A stretch of 64,000 bases of DNA, taken from Myxococcota bacterium (GTDB lineage Bacteria; Myxococcota_A; UBA796; UBA2385). The stretch spans positions 24,630-88,629 of the forward strand of contig JBIJDH010000027.1 in the NCBI GenBank assembly GCA_044344255.1, written 5' to 3'. Of the stretch, positions 50,482 to 60,506 are shown piece by piece. Below the pieces are notes generated by a model. That model was not told where the DNA came from, did no database searches, and saw nothing but the letters and a program-made list of their open reading frames with translations. The number at the start of each line of letters is the position of its first letter. Within the stretch, counting starts at the first letter, position 1. Position numbers and translations under genes: made by a program.

Positions 50482-51509
50482 TGCAGGCGCGGAGCGCCCA
50501 GGTAATCGAGGGGCGGATCGCCCACGGACCGCTCACCGACCGCCTCGGGCGCGTGCACACCTACCTGCGGGTCAGCGTCACGGACCGCTGCAACTACCGC
50601 TGTGTCTACTGCATGCCCGAAGAAGGCATGAACTGGGTCCCGCGGGAGCAGCTGCTCCGCTATGAGGAGATCGCACGCATCGTGGGCGTTTTCGCCCAGC
50701 TCGGCGTGACGAAGATCCGCATCACCGGTGGCGAGCCGACGATTCGGAGCGACATCGAGTCGCTGGTGGCGGCGATCGCCGAGACGCCCGGCATCACCGA
50801 CGTCGCGCTCACCACCAACGGCCACACCCTGGCCCGGCAGGCCGAGCGCCTGCACGCCGCCGGCCTGCGCCGCATCAACGTCTCCCTCGACACGCTCCGC
50901 CCCGACCGTTTCACCGCGCTCACCCGCGGCGGCGACCTCGGGAGGGTGCTCGCCGGCATCGCCGCGGCCCGCGCAGCGGGGATGGTGCCCGTCAAGATCA
51001 ACGCGGTCCTCCTCCAGGGCGAGAACGACGACGAGGTCTTCGATCTGGTCGATTTTTTCGGCCAAGACGCCGCCACGACCGAGCTCCGCTTCATCGAGTA
51101 CATGCCCTTCGAGGCCCGCTGGCACCGCTGCGTTCCCTCCGCCGACGTGCGGCGGCAGATCGCCTCGCGCTACACCCTGCTCCCCGAGCCGCGCGAGGGG
51201 GCCGCCGCCGGGCCGGCCCGCACCTGGCGGGTCGCCGAGAGCGGGCTCCGGGTGGGCTTCATCTCCCCGCTCTCCGAGCACTTCTGCGCCGGCTGCAACC
51301 GCCTCCGCTTGATGGTCGACGGTCACCTCCGCACCTGCCTCGCCCACGAGGACACGCCGAGCCTGCGCGACCTGCTGCGCGCTGGGGCCTCCGATCAGGC
51401 CCTGGCCGACAGCATCCGCGAGATGGTGATGGGCAAGCCCGACGGCCACGACTGCACCGTGGATGGGGGTGAGGTCTTCCAGGGCGTGATGACCGGGATC
51501 GGCGGCTGA
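50481..51509 (+). CDS. moaA: GTP 3',8-cyclase
   Basis: Radical SAM CNYRCVYC, TGGEP, FCAGCNRLRL...C, C-terminal IGG. Confidence 0.96.
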   Translation: MQARSAQVIEGRIAHGPLTDRLGRVHTYLRVSVTDRCNYRCVYCMPEEGMNWVPREQLLRYEEIARIVGVFAQLGVTKIRITGGEPTIRSDIESLVAAIAETPGITDVALTTNGHTLARQAERLHAAGLRRINVSLDTLRPDRFTALTRGGDLGRVLAGIAAARAAGMVPVKINAVLLQGENDDEVFDLVDFFGQDAATTELRFIEYMPFEARWHRCVPSADVRRQIASRYTLLPEPREGAAAGPARTWRVAESGLRVGFISPLSEHFCAGCNRLRLMVDGHLRTCLAHEDTPSLRDLLRAGASDQALADSIREMVMGKPDGHDCTVDGGEVFQGVMTGIGG

Positions 51510-51607
51510 GGGCCCGCGGCTCCTCGGCTTTGATCAGCGGATGCGCCCCGTGGGCTTGAGCAGGTGCCCCTCGGACGGTTACGATGCCCCTCGCACCAGA
51601 GGCCGGA

Positions 51608-52533
51608 TGACGACCGTGATGAAGCACAGCCCGTACCGCTCCCCGCTCCCGTCCGTCCGTCGTGTCGCCGGCCAAGTGGCCGCCGCGCTCCTCATCCTCG
51701 GGGCCAGCGCCCGGGTCGAGGCCGCCGCCTACCCTGACGACGTCTCCCTCTCGGGCCTCGGCACCTGGGACGGCATGCCGATCCAGAACCCGAACATCTC
51801 GGCTGAGGCCTACGAGACCGTCGTGCGCGAGCTCGGCACCGCGATCTCCAACAAGCCGATGGCCCCCGCCGAGACGCTGGGCATCCACGGCTTCGACGTC
51901 TCGCTGTCGCACACGGTCGCCTTCATCAGCTCGAAGCCCACCTCGGACACCCCCTCCGCCTGGGCCCGCGCCGCCGAGGACGGCTCCCCCACCCCCGCGC
52001 TCTGGATCCCCCAGATCAACGTGCGCAAGGGCCTTCCCCTCTCGCTCGAGGTGGGCGCGAACGCCGGCTACGTGGCCTTCACCCGCCAGTCGGTCTTCGG
52101 GGCCTACGGCCGCTGGGGCCTCATCGAGGGCTACCGAAAGTACCCCGACGTCACGATGCAGCTCGGCTACGCCGCCTACGTGGGCAACGACGAGCTCGAC
52201 CTCGGCACGATGGATGCCCGGATCGACATCGGCTACACCGTGCCCTTCGGCAATCAGGTGGGCATCAACCACGCCACCTTCTCCCCCCATGTGGGCGTCG
52301 CCTGGCTGCGCATCAAGGCGGACCCCCTGATGCCTCTGGCCGACCAGGAGGCCCTCGGCATCGCCTCGGTGAGCGGCTTCAAGTCGTCCGACGATTACAC
52401 CGAGGGCTTCGCGCCCGCCGACATCGATCTCGGCTTCCGCATCCAGACCGGCGACTTCCAGATCCTGCTGCTCGGCACGGCGGCCCCCAACAGCATCGCG
52501 ACGGTCAACGTCGGCCTCGGTTACGTCTACTGA
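51608..52533 (+). CDS. Hypothetical exported protein, probable outer-membrane beta-barrel
   Basis: Signal peptide, amphipathic beta segments, aromatic C-terminus GYVY. Confidence 0.65.
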
Positions 52534-52552
52534 GCCCCGCTTCGGCCTCGGG

Positions 52553-54856
52553 GTGCTGCTGATCTGGCTCATCTTCGCGCTGCTCCCGGCCTGGGGCGCG
52601 AAGGTCAGCCTCGTCGCGCGCCTGCGGCCCGATCTCCAGACCGTCGAGGGGGAGCTCACCCTCACCGACGGCGACGGGCTGCACTTCGTCGACGCGCTCA
52701 GCCTGCTGCCGGTCCCCACCGACGACGTCCTCTCCCGGCGCACCTTCCCGAGGGCCGCGGAGTCCGGCTGGCTGCGGCTCTCCCCGCGCGGGCCCGACCG
52801 GATGAGCTTCACGGCGGTGCTGCCCCGCAGGTACGACGCCGCCGGCTATGTCCCCGGGCACGGCCTCTTCATGAACGGGCTCTGGCACCCGATGGTGATG
52901 GAGGGCGACCACCTCGCCGTGGTCGACTGGGAGGTCCGCCTCACGCTCCCGCCCGGCACCACCGGCGTCCTCAACGGCTCGGTGAGCACGGGCGAGGTCA
53001 TCTGGGGTGGGCGCGCCGATCGCCTCTCCCTCGCGGTGCTGGAGGACGCGGAGGTCTCCACCCTCGAGCAGAGCGCCGGCTCCGTCACCCTCGTCCAGCG
53101 GGGGCGTGCGCGTGAGCGGCGCGATCTGCGGCTCTCGGAGCTCATCGAGGTGGGCTGGCCCGGCCCCGGCGCGCCCCACGTCGTGATCGTCGAGGCACCG
53201 CTGCGGCGGCGGCTCAGCCGGGCCGGGCCGGGGATGCTCTTCCTGTCCGACCGCGCCCTCCGGCTCAGCGGCCCGCTCTGGCGATACCACAGCGCGGCGA
53301 CCCTCGAGGGCGTGATCCAGGCTGGCCTCCCCCTCTCCGACCCCTGGTGGCGGGCCTTCGCCGCCGCGGCGCTCCTCCCCGCTGACGACAAGTCGGTTCG
53401 GGAGCTCCTCGGCTGGGTTCGCTGGATCCCCGAGGTGGACGCCCTCCTCTACGACGGGCGCCTCCCCTTCTACAGCGACGTCATGGGGGAGACCTGGCCC
53501 GGAGACCCCGTCCACGACGACCCCGCCGAGCTCTTCGCCCCCTCCACCCCCGCCCGCGCCGCCGCCCGCAACCTCGACCTGCGGCACGGGCCCGGCACGG
53601 CCGCCCGCCTCGCCGGGCTCCTGCTCCAAGGGGCGAGCCCCGGCGTGGCCGCCACCGGCGCGGGCCTCTCGATCGAGGAGGTCTCGGCGATGCGCCAGCC
53701 CACCCCCGCCTCCGACCTCGCGCTGCGCGTGGAGGAGCGGCCCGAGGGAGGCTGGCAGGTGGCGGTCGACCGCCCCGGCGCGATCGGCGCCCCGGCCACC
53801 CCGGTCGAGCTCGAGGTGAACGGCCAGCGCCAGCGGATCGAGCTCGGCGTCGGGACCCCCGCCTACGTGCGGGTCGAGCCGGCGCGCCCCGCGTCGGTCG
53901 CCGTCGATCCCCGCCAGCTCAGCCCTGACCCCAACCCCTCGAACAACCGCTGGCCGCGCCCGTGGACGGTGGTGGCCGCGATCTTCCCCTACGAGCTCTC
54001 GCTCAACTCGGGGCGCATCTCCGCGGAGGCCAACCTCGTCTTCCGACGCCGCTACGCCACCCGCTGGTCGCTCTGGACCTCGCTCTCGACCGATCCCGAG
54101 GACCTCCTCGGCCTCGACGTCGGCGCCACCTACGCCTTCGGGCCCCTGAAGGACCGCCGCAGCCGCCCCTTCCACCTCTGGTTCGGCGGCGGCCCCTCCC
54201 TGCTCGACCCCGCCTTCCGCCCCACCGACGACGGCGCCATCGCGATCGGCGCCTACACCGGCGCCTCTTGGGACACGCGGGTCGACGACGAATTCCCCCG
54301 CCACGGCCACCGACTGTCCCTGTCCTTCGGCGGCGGCGCCGTGCCGGGCGGCGACGAGTGGGGCAGCGCGCACCTCAACGCCGTGCAGCTCCTCCCCCTG
54401 GGCGGCCGCGCCGCCCTCGCCCTCCGCGCCGGCGCCGGGGTGGCCGAGGGTGGGGTCGAGCACCGCCTCCTCAGCCTCGGCGGCTCCTCGAACCTCCAAG
54501 GGGTGCCCGTCGACGCCGTGCTCGGCGACACCCGCCTGATCGGCGCCGCCGAGCTGCGCTACCAGGTCTTTCGCGGGCTCTCCGTGCCGCTGCCGCTGGT
54601 CTGGCTGGCCGACGTACAGCTCCTCGGCGGGGCCGAGGCGGGCTACCTCGGCGCCCACGTCGCCGGCTGCCCCACCGAGCCCTGCGCGGTCGAGGCCCTG
54701 GGCTGGACCGCCGGCGCGCTCTTCACCGGCGACGTGCTCGGCGCCCGCCCGACGATGCTCGGCCTGTGGGCGGCGCACCCCCTGTGGAGCGACGACGCCG
54801 CGCTCACCGCGTCGAGCACCCCCACCTTCTATGTGCGCGGGACCCAGGCCTTCTGA
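52553..54856 (+). CDS. Large exported protein with C-terminal Omp85/BamA-like barrel
   Basis: Signal peptide; WDTRVDDEFPRHG, LSLGGSSNLQGV, AELRY; C-terminal Phe. Confidence 0.6.
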   Translation: MLLIWLIFALLPAWGAKVSLVARLRPDLQTVEGELTLTDGDGLHFVDALSLLPVPTDDVLSRRTFPRAAESGWLRLSPRGPDRMSFTAVLPRRYDAAGYVPGHGLFMNGLWHPMVMEGDHLAVVDWEVRLTLPPGTTGVLNGSVSTGEVIWGGRADRLSLAVLEDAEVSTLEQSAGSVTLVQRGRARERRDLRLSELIEVGWPGPGAPHVVIVEAPLRRRLSRAGPGMLFLSDRALRLSGPLWRYHSAATLEGVIQAGLPLSDPWWRAFAAAALLPADDKSVRELLGWVRWIPEVDALLYDGRLPFYSDVMGETWPGDPVHDDPAELFAPSTPARAAARNLDLRHGPGTAARLAGLLLQGASPGVAATGAGLSIEEVSAMRQPTPASDLALRVEERPEGGWQVAVDRPGAIGAPATPVELEVNGQRQRIELGVGTPAYVRVEPARPASVAVDPRQLSPDPNPSNNRWPRPWTVVAAIFPYELSLNSGRISAEANLVFRRRYATRWSLWTSLSTDPEDLLGLDVGATYAFGPLKDRRSRPFHLWFGGGPSLLDPAFRPTDDGAIAIGAYTGASWDTRVDDEFPRHGHRLSLSFGGGAVPGGDEWGSAHLNAVQLLPLGGRAALALRAGAGVAEGGVEHRLLSLGGSSNLQGVPVDAVLGDTRLIGAAELRYQVFRGLSVPLPLVWLADVQLLGGAEAGYLGAHVAGCPTEPCAVEALGWTAGALFTGDVLGARPTMLGLWAAHPLWSDDAALTASSTPTFYVRGTQAF

Positions 54857-54888
54857 GCGCCCGGGCCGCCGCGCCCTGAAGGCGGCGC

Positions 54889-56781
<1,893 letters not shown>

Positions 56782-56847
56782 TCTTGATGACCTCCACCTG
56801 TTCGGGGCGGCGCTCTAACGTGAACCGGGGAACGCGGACGGCTCCCT

Positions 56848-58620
56848 TCAGCGGCGGGGGTCGAAGGTGCTGCTCCTAGGCCGCCCGCCGATCAGCGGCC
56901 GGGTGGGGCCGCCTCGCTCCACCCCCTCCGGCCAGGTGAAGCCCGGCTCGAGGGGGAGCTCGGCTCGGCCCGTCCACTGCCGCATGTCCCAGATGCCAAA
57001 GCCCCTCCCCTGATAGACGGGCAGGCCGAAGAGCGCGTCCCAGAGTCGATCCTCGGTCTTGTGCAAGGGGGCGAGGTCATAGGTGAAGAGCGAGCGATCG
57101 AGCACGACCCAGCGGAGGCCCCCCTCGCGGAGCGCCGTGAGCGAGGCGGGGTCAAACCGAAACTCCCCGACCACCTCCCCGCGCTCCAGGGCTTGGAGGG
57201 CTGACAGGAAGCTGTTGGCGCCCACGAAGCGGTCCCACTCTGGCGGGCGCACCCGGTCCACCCACTGGGCGTGCCCGCCGAGGAGCCGCTTGCGGTGAAC
57301 CATCTGGAAGAAGAGCACCTCCTCGCCCGCGGTGGCCTCGGGGGCGAGCGGGGTCTGCAAGACCACCCCGTCCGGCAGCGCCGCGAGCCTCAGGTAGTCG
57401 GCCGGGGGCCAGTCGATCGGCCGCACGGCGGCGGCGGTGTCGAGGCCTTGCAGCGCGAGGGCGGGCAGGGCCAAGGCGGCGCCGAGGGGGCCGAGCCTGC
57501 GGAGGGCGCGCCCGGGCAGCCGATCGAGCAGCAGGGCCCCGAGCACGCCGAGGATCGCGTGCACAACCACGATGTGGCGGATCGGCCACCAGAAGCGGCG
57601 GAGGGGCGCCGCGAGGCCATAGAGCGCCGTGTACAGACCCCCGTCTGGCCCAAGGGACAGGGCGAAGAAGAGCAGCCCCACGAGCAAAAGGCCGCGCGGC
57701 CGGGGGTCTCGAACAGAGCGCCACAAAAAATAGGACAGGCCGAGCAGGGAGAGCAGGAGGAGCGGGGCCGGCTCAATCGCCCCCACGTGCAGCCCGGCGC
57801 CCGGGAGCAGGGGCATGGTCCAGCCGAGGGAGAGGGCGTCCACCCGCGCCTCCTCGGGCGGGAAGGCCGAGAGCTCGTCGGTACCGGGGATGCTCGCCCA
57901 GCGTTGGGCGAAGGCGGCGGCCCAGGGGCCGATCAGCGCCAGGAAGGCCGCCGAGAACAAGGCGAGGCGCGCAGGCGGCGGCCGCGGCGACGCGGCCCAG
58001 AGCACCGCGCCGGCCATCACGCCGAACCAGGCGTAGTACCAATAGAAGACCGCCGTCACCGCGAGGAGGGCGGCGCTCGCCAGCGCCCAGCCGCGGCTCG
58101 GCCGCGCCAGAAAGCGCAGCCAGGCGGCGAGGAAGAGCAGCAGCCAGCCGGCGTCGACCTGGCTGAAGCGCCCGGAGCCGAGCTCCTGCAGGAAGTAGGG
58201 GCTGGCGCCGCAGAGCCCGAGCGCCACCCAGGCGGCGGCGGGTGAGGCCCCCGCGGCCCGCGCCAGCGCCCAGCCGCCGAGGCCGTTCAGGCTGAGCACG
58301 AGCAGCGCCCAGCCCGCAAAGCCCGCCGGCCAGCCGAAGAGCAGGTGGAAGGGCAGGTAGAGCGCCCCCTCCATGCCGTTTCCCGCCAGCACCGGGGCGT
58401 CGCCCACCGGCCAATAGTAGGCGTCGGTGTGGAGCAGGCCGCGGCCGGCGGCGAGGCGCTCCGCCACCCACACGAGCAGCCAGTGGTTTCCCAGGTTGTC
58501 GGGGTGGTAAGGGTTGCCCGGCAGCAGCGGGACCGTGCCGCCGAGGAGGCTGCGGAGCTGCGCCAGGGCCAGCCCGAAGGCGCCCAAGCAGGCGAGCAGC
58601 AGCGGCAGGGGGCGGCGCAC
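56848..58620 (-). CDS. Polytopic membrane protein, GT-C glycosyltransferase-like
   Basis: Many TM helices, N-terminal loop HPD..WL..W and YYWPVG, soluble C-terminal domain. Confidence 0.6.
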   Translation of the reverse strand: MRRPLPLLLACLGAFGLALAQLRSLLGGTVPLLPGNPYHPDNLGNHWLLVWVAERLAAGRGLLHTDAYYWPVGDAPVLAGNGMEGALYLPFHLLFGWPAGFAGWALLVLSLNGLGGWALARAAGASPAAAWVALGLCGASPYFLQELGSGRFSQVDAGWLLLFLAAWLRFLARPSRGWALASAALLAVTAVFYWYYAWFGVMAGAVLWAASPRPPPARLALFSAAFLALIGPWAAAFAQRWASIPGTDELSAFPPEEARVDALSLGWTMPLLPGAGLHVGAIEPAPLLLLSLLGLSYFLWRSVRDPRPRGLLLVGLLFFALSLGPDGGLYTALYGLAAPLRRFWWPIRHIVVVHAILGVLGALLLDRLPGRALRRLGPLGAALALPALALQGLDTAAAVRPIDWPPADYLRLAALPDGVVLQTPLAPEATAGEEVLFFQMVHRKRLLGGHAQWVDRVRPPEWDRFVGANSFLSALQALERGEVVGEFRFDPASLTALREGGLRWVVLDRSLFTYDLAPLHKTEDRLWDALFGLPVYQGRGFGIWDMRQWTGRAELPLEPGFTWPEGVERGGPTRPLIGGRPRSSTFDPRR

Positions 58621-58733
58621 GGCGGCAGGCTACCGCGCCCCGCCGATCGCGGGGCGGCCGTCACCCTGCAAAGCCTTCGTCATCGCCCAGCGGGGATGGG
58701 GACAGGGCTCCGTCGGTCGGGCAAGATCCCCGG

Positions 58734-59963
58734 ATGCACACCGCCCTCCGCTCCCCTCCCCTGCTCTCTCTCTGGCTCCCCCTCTCCGGCCTCGCGCTGC
58801 TGCTCGCCTGCGGCGGCGACAAGGCCGATCCCGCCGCGGATGGCGGGGAGGAGGGAGACGCCGACACCGACGCGGACAGCGACGCCGACGCCGACAGCGA
58901 CGCGGACTCCGACGCCGACAGCGACGCCGACTCCGACGCGGACAGCGACGCCGACTCCGACGCCGACGCCGACACGGACCCTCCGGCCGACGACGGCTGG
59001 CCGGCCCACTTCTTCGCGCCCTATGTCGACGCCACCGGCTATCCCACGGTGAAGGTCGGCGAGATCCCAGCGGAGAACGCCACGGATTACTACACCCTCG
59101 CCTTCATCGTCGCCGGCAGCCCGACGAGCTGCGACGCCACCTGGGGCACCTATTATTCGATAGAGGTGGGGCCGAGCGCCTGGGAGGGCGGGGCCGAATA
59201 CACCCTCTATGACCAGATCGCCCTCCTCCGCAGCGGCGGCGGAGACGTCATGGTCTCCTTCGGCGGCGCCGCCAACACCCCCATCGAGGCCGCCTGCGGC
59301 TCGGTGGCCGAGGTGGTGGCCGAGTACGAGCGGGTCATCGATCAGCTCGCCCTCACCCGCATTGACTTCGACATCGAGGGGAGCTGGGTCGCGGACCCCA
59401 CCTCCATCACTCGCCGCTCCCTGGCCATCGCGGAGCTGCAGGCCAAGAAGGCCGACGCCGGCGAGGCCCTCTTCGTCTGGTACACGCTGCCCGTCCTGCC
59501 CTCGGGCCTCACGGCGGAGGGGGTGGCCGTCCTCCAGGACGCCATTGACCACGGGGTCCGCCTCGACGGCGTCAACGTGATGACGATGGACTACGGCGAC
59601 GGCGCCGCTCCCGATCCCGAGGGCAAGATGGGCCAGTACGGCATCGACGCCATCACGGCCCTCCACGGCCAGCTCGCCACCCTCTACGGCGGCAGCAAGA
59701 CCGACGAGGAGCTCTGGGCGATGGTGGGCTCCACGCCGATGATCGGCCAGAACGACGTCGCCTCCGAGGTCTTCACCGTCGAGGACGCCGCCCTCACGCT
59801 GGCCTTCGCCGAGGAGAAGGGCATCGGCATGCTCGGCACCTGGTCGATCAACCGCGACCACCCCTGCGCCGAGGAGGTCGAGTGGGCCCAGCCCACTTGC
59901 AACGGCCTCACCGACGTCGATGACTGGGCCTACGCCCTCGCCTTCGCGCCCTTCAACGACTGA
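58734..59963 (+). CDS. GH18 chitinase-like lipoprotein with Asp/Ser/Ala linker
   Basis: LLAC lipobox, FAPYVD, SFGG, catalytic DFDIEG, VMTMDYG, WSINRD. Confidence 0.88.
   Translation: MHTALRSPPLLSLWLPLSGLALLLACGGDKADPAADGGEEGDADTDADSDADADSDADSDADSDADSDADSDADSDADADTDPPADDGWPAHFFAPYVDATGYPTVKVGEIPAENATDYYTLAFIVAGSPTSCDATWGTYYSIEVGPSAWEGGAEYTLYDQIALLRSGGGDVMVSFGGAANTPIEAACGSVAEVVAEYERVIDQLALTRIDFDIEGSWVADPTSITRRSLAIAELQAKKADAGEALFVWYTLPVLPSGLTAEGVAVLQDAIDHGVRLDGVNVMTMDYGDGAAPDPEGKMGQYGIDAITALHGQLATLYGGSKTDEELWAMVGSTPMIGQNDVASEVFTVEDAALTLAFAEEKGIGMLGTWSINRDHPCAEEVEWAQPTCNGLTDVDDWAYALAFAPFND
58858..58979 (+). repeat. Coding (DADS)n low-complexity repeat
   Basis: GACGCCGACAGC-type repeats encoding DADTDADSDADADSD... 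within the chitinase. Confidence 0.85.
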
Positions 59964-60024
59964 GGCCGCTCAGCGGAGGCCTCTCAACGGAGGCCTCTCA
60001 ACGGAGGCCGCTCAGAGGAGGCCG
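59962..60024. repeat. 14-bp period tandem repeat x4.5 (GAGGCCKCTCARCG)
   Basis: Copies start at 59962, 59976, 59990, 60004 and 60018, between two convergent stop codons. Confidence 0.85.
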
Positions 60025-60506
60025 ATCCAGGCCCGGAGCAGGGCGTCGATGGCCGGCCCCTGCGAGAGGAGGGCCGACTCATCGGCGATCTTCAGGATCG
60101 CGCGGTCTCGGGCCAGCCAGGTCAAGAGGCCCGCGGGATCCTCCACCTCCACGCCGCTCACGGCCGTGTCTCGGACCTTGGCGCCGAGGTGGAGGATCAG
60201 GCTCACCGGGCCGCCCCGCAGGTGCGTAGTGGCGAACCACTCGGCCTTGCCGCCCCGGATCACGTAGAAGCTCGGCGTGTTCCACTTGACGCCCTCGCCG
60301 ATATCGGGGCTGACCGCGAGCACCCGCGCGCGCAGGGCCCCAACGAGGGGGCTCAATGGGGGCCCGAGCCCCTCCAGGAAGACCGCCACCGCTGGATCAT
60401 CGCGGAGCGGCGTCAGGACCGCGGCCGTGCCCGACTTGGGCGTCTTCTGCTTGGGCTGCGCTGGATCGGGCTTCACTGGATTAGATTTCACTGGATTAGA
60501 TTTCAC
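60012..60506 (-). CDS. DUF1801 (YdhG-like) protein
   Basis: LRARVL..SPDIGEGVKWNTPSF, LILHLGAK, EDPAGLLTWL; GTG start coupled to the upstream stop. Confidence 0.8.
   Translation of the reverse strand: MKSNPVKSNPVKPDPAQPKQKTPKSGTAAVLTPLRDDPAVAVFLEGLGPPLSPLVGALRARVLAVSPDIGEGVKWNTPSFYVIRGGKAEWFATTHLRGGPVSLILHLGAKVRDTAVSGVEVEDPAGLLTWLARDRAILKIADESALLSQGPAIDALLRAWIGLL

Noticed and set aside
58858..58979. Non-coding repeat array or CRISPR
   Set aside because: In-frame low-complexity linker of the chitinase lipoprotein; the same applies to the PTT repeat near 30977-31026.
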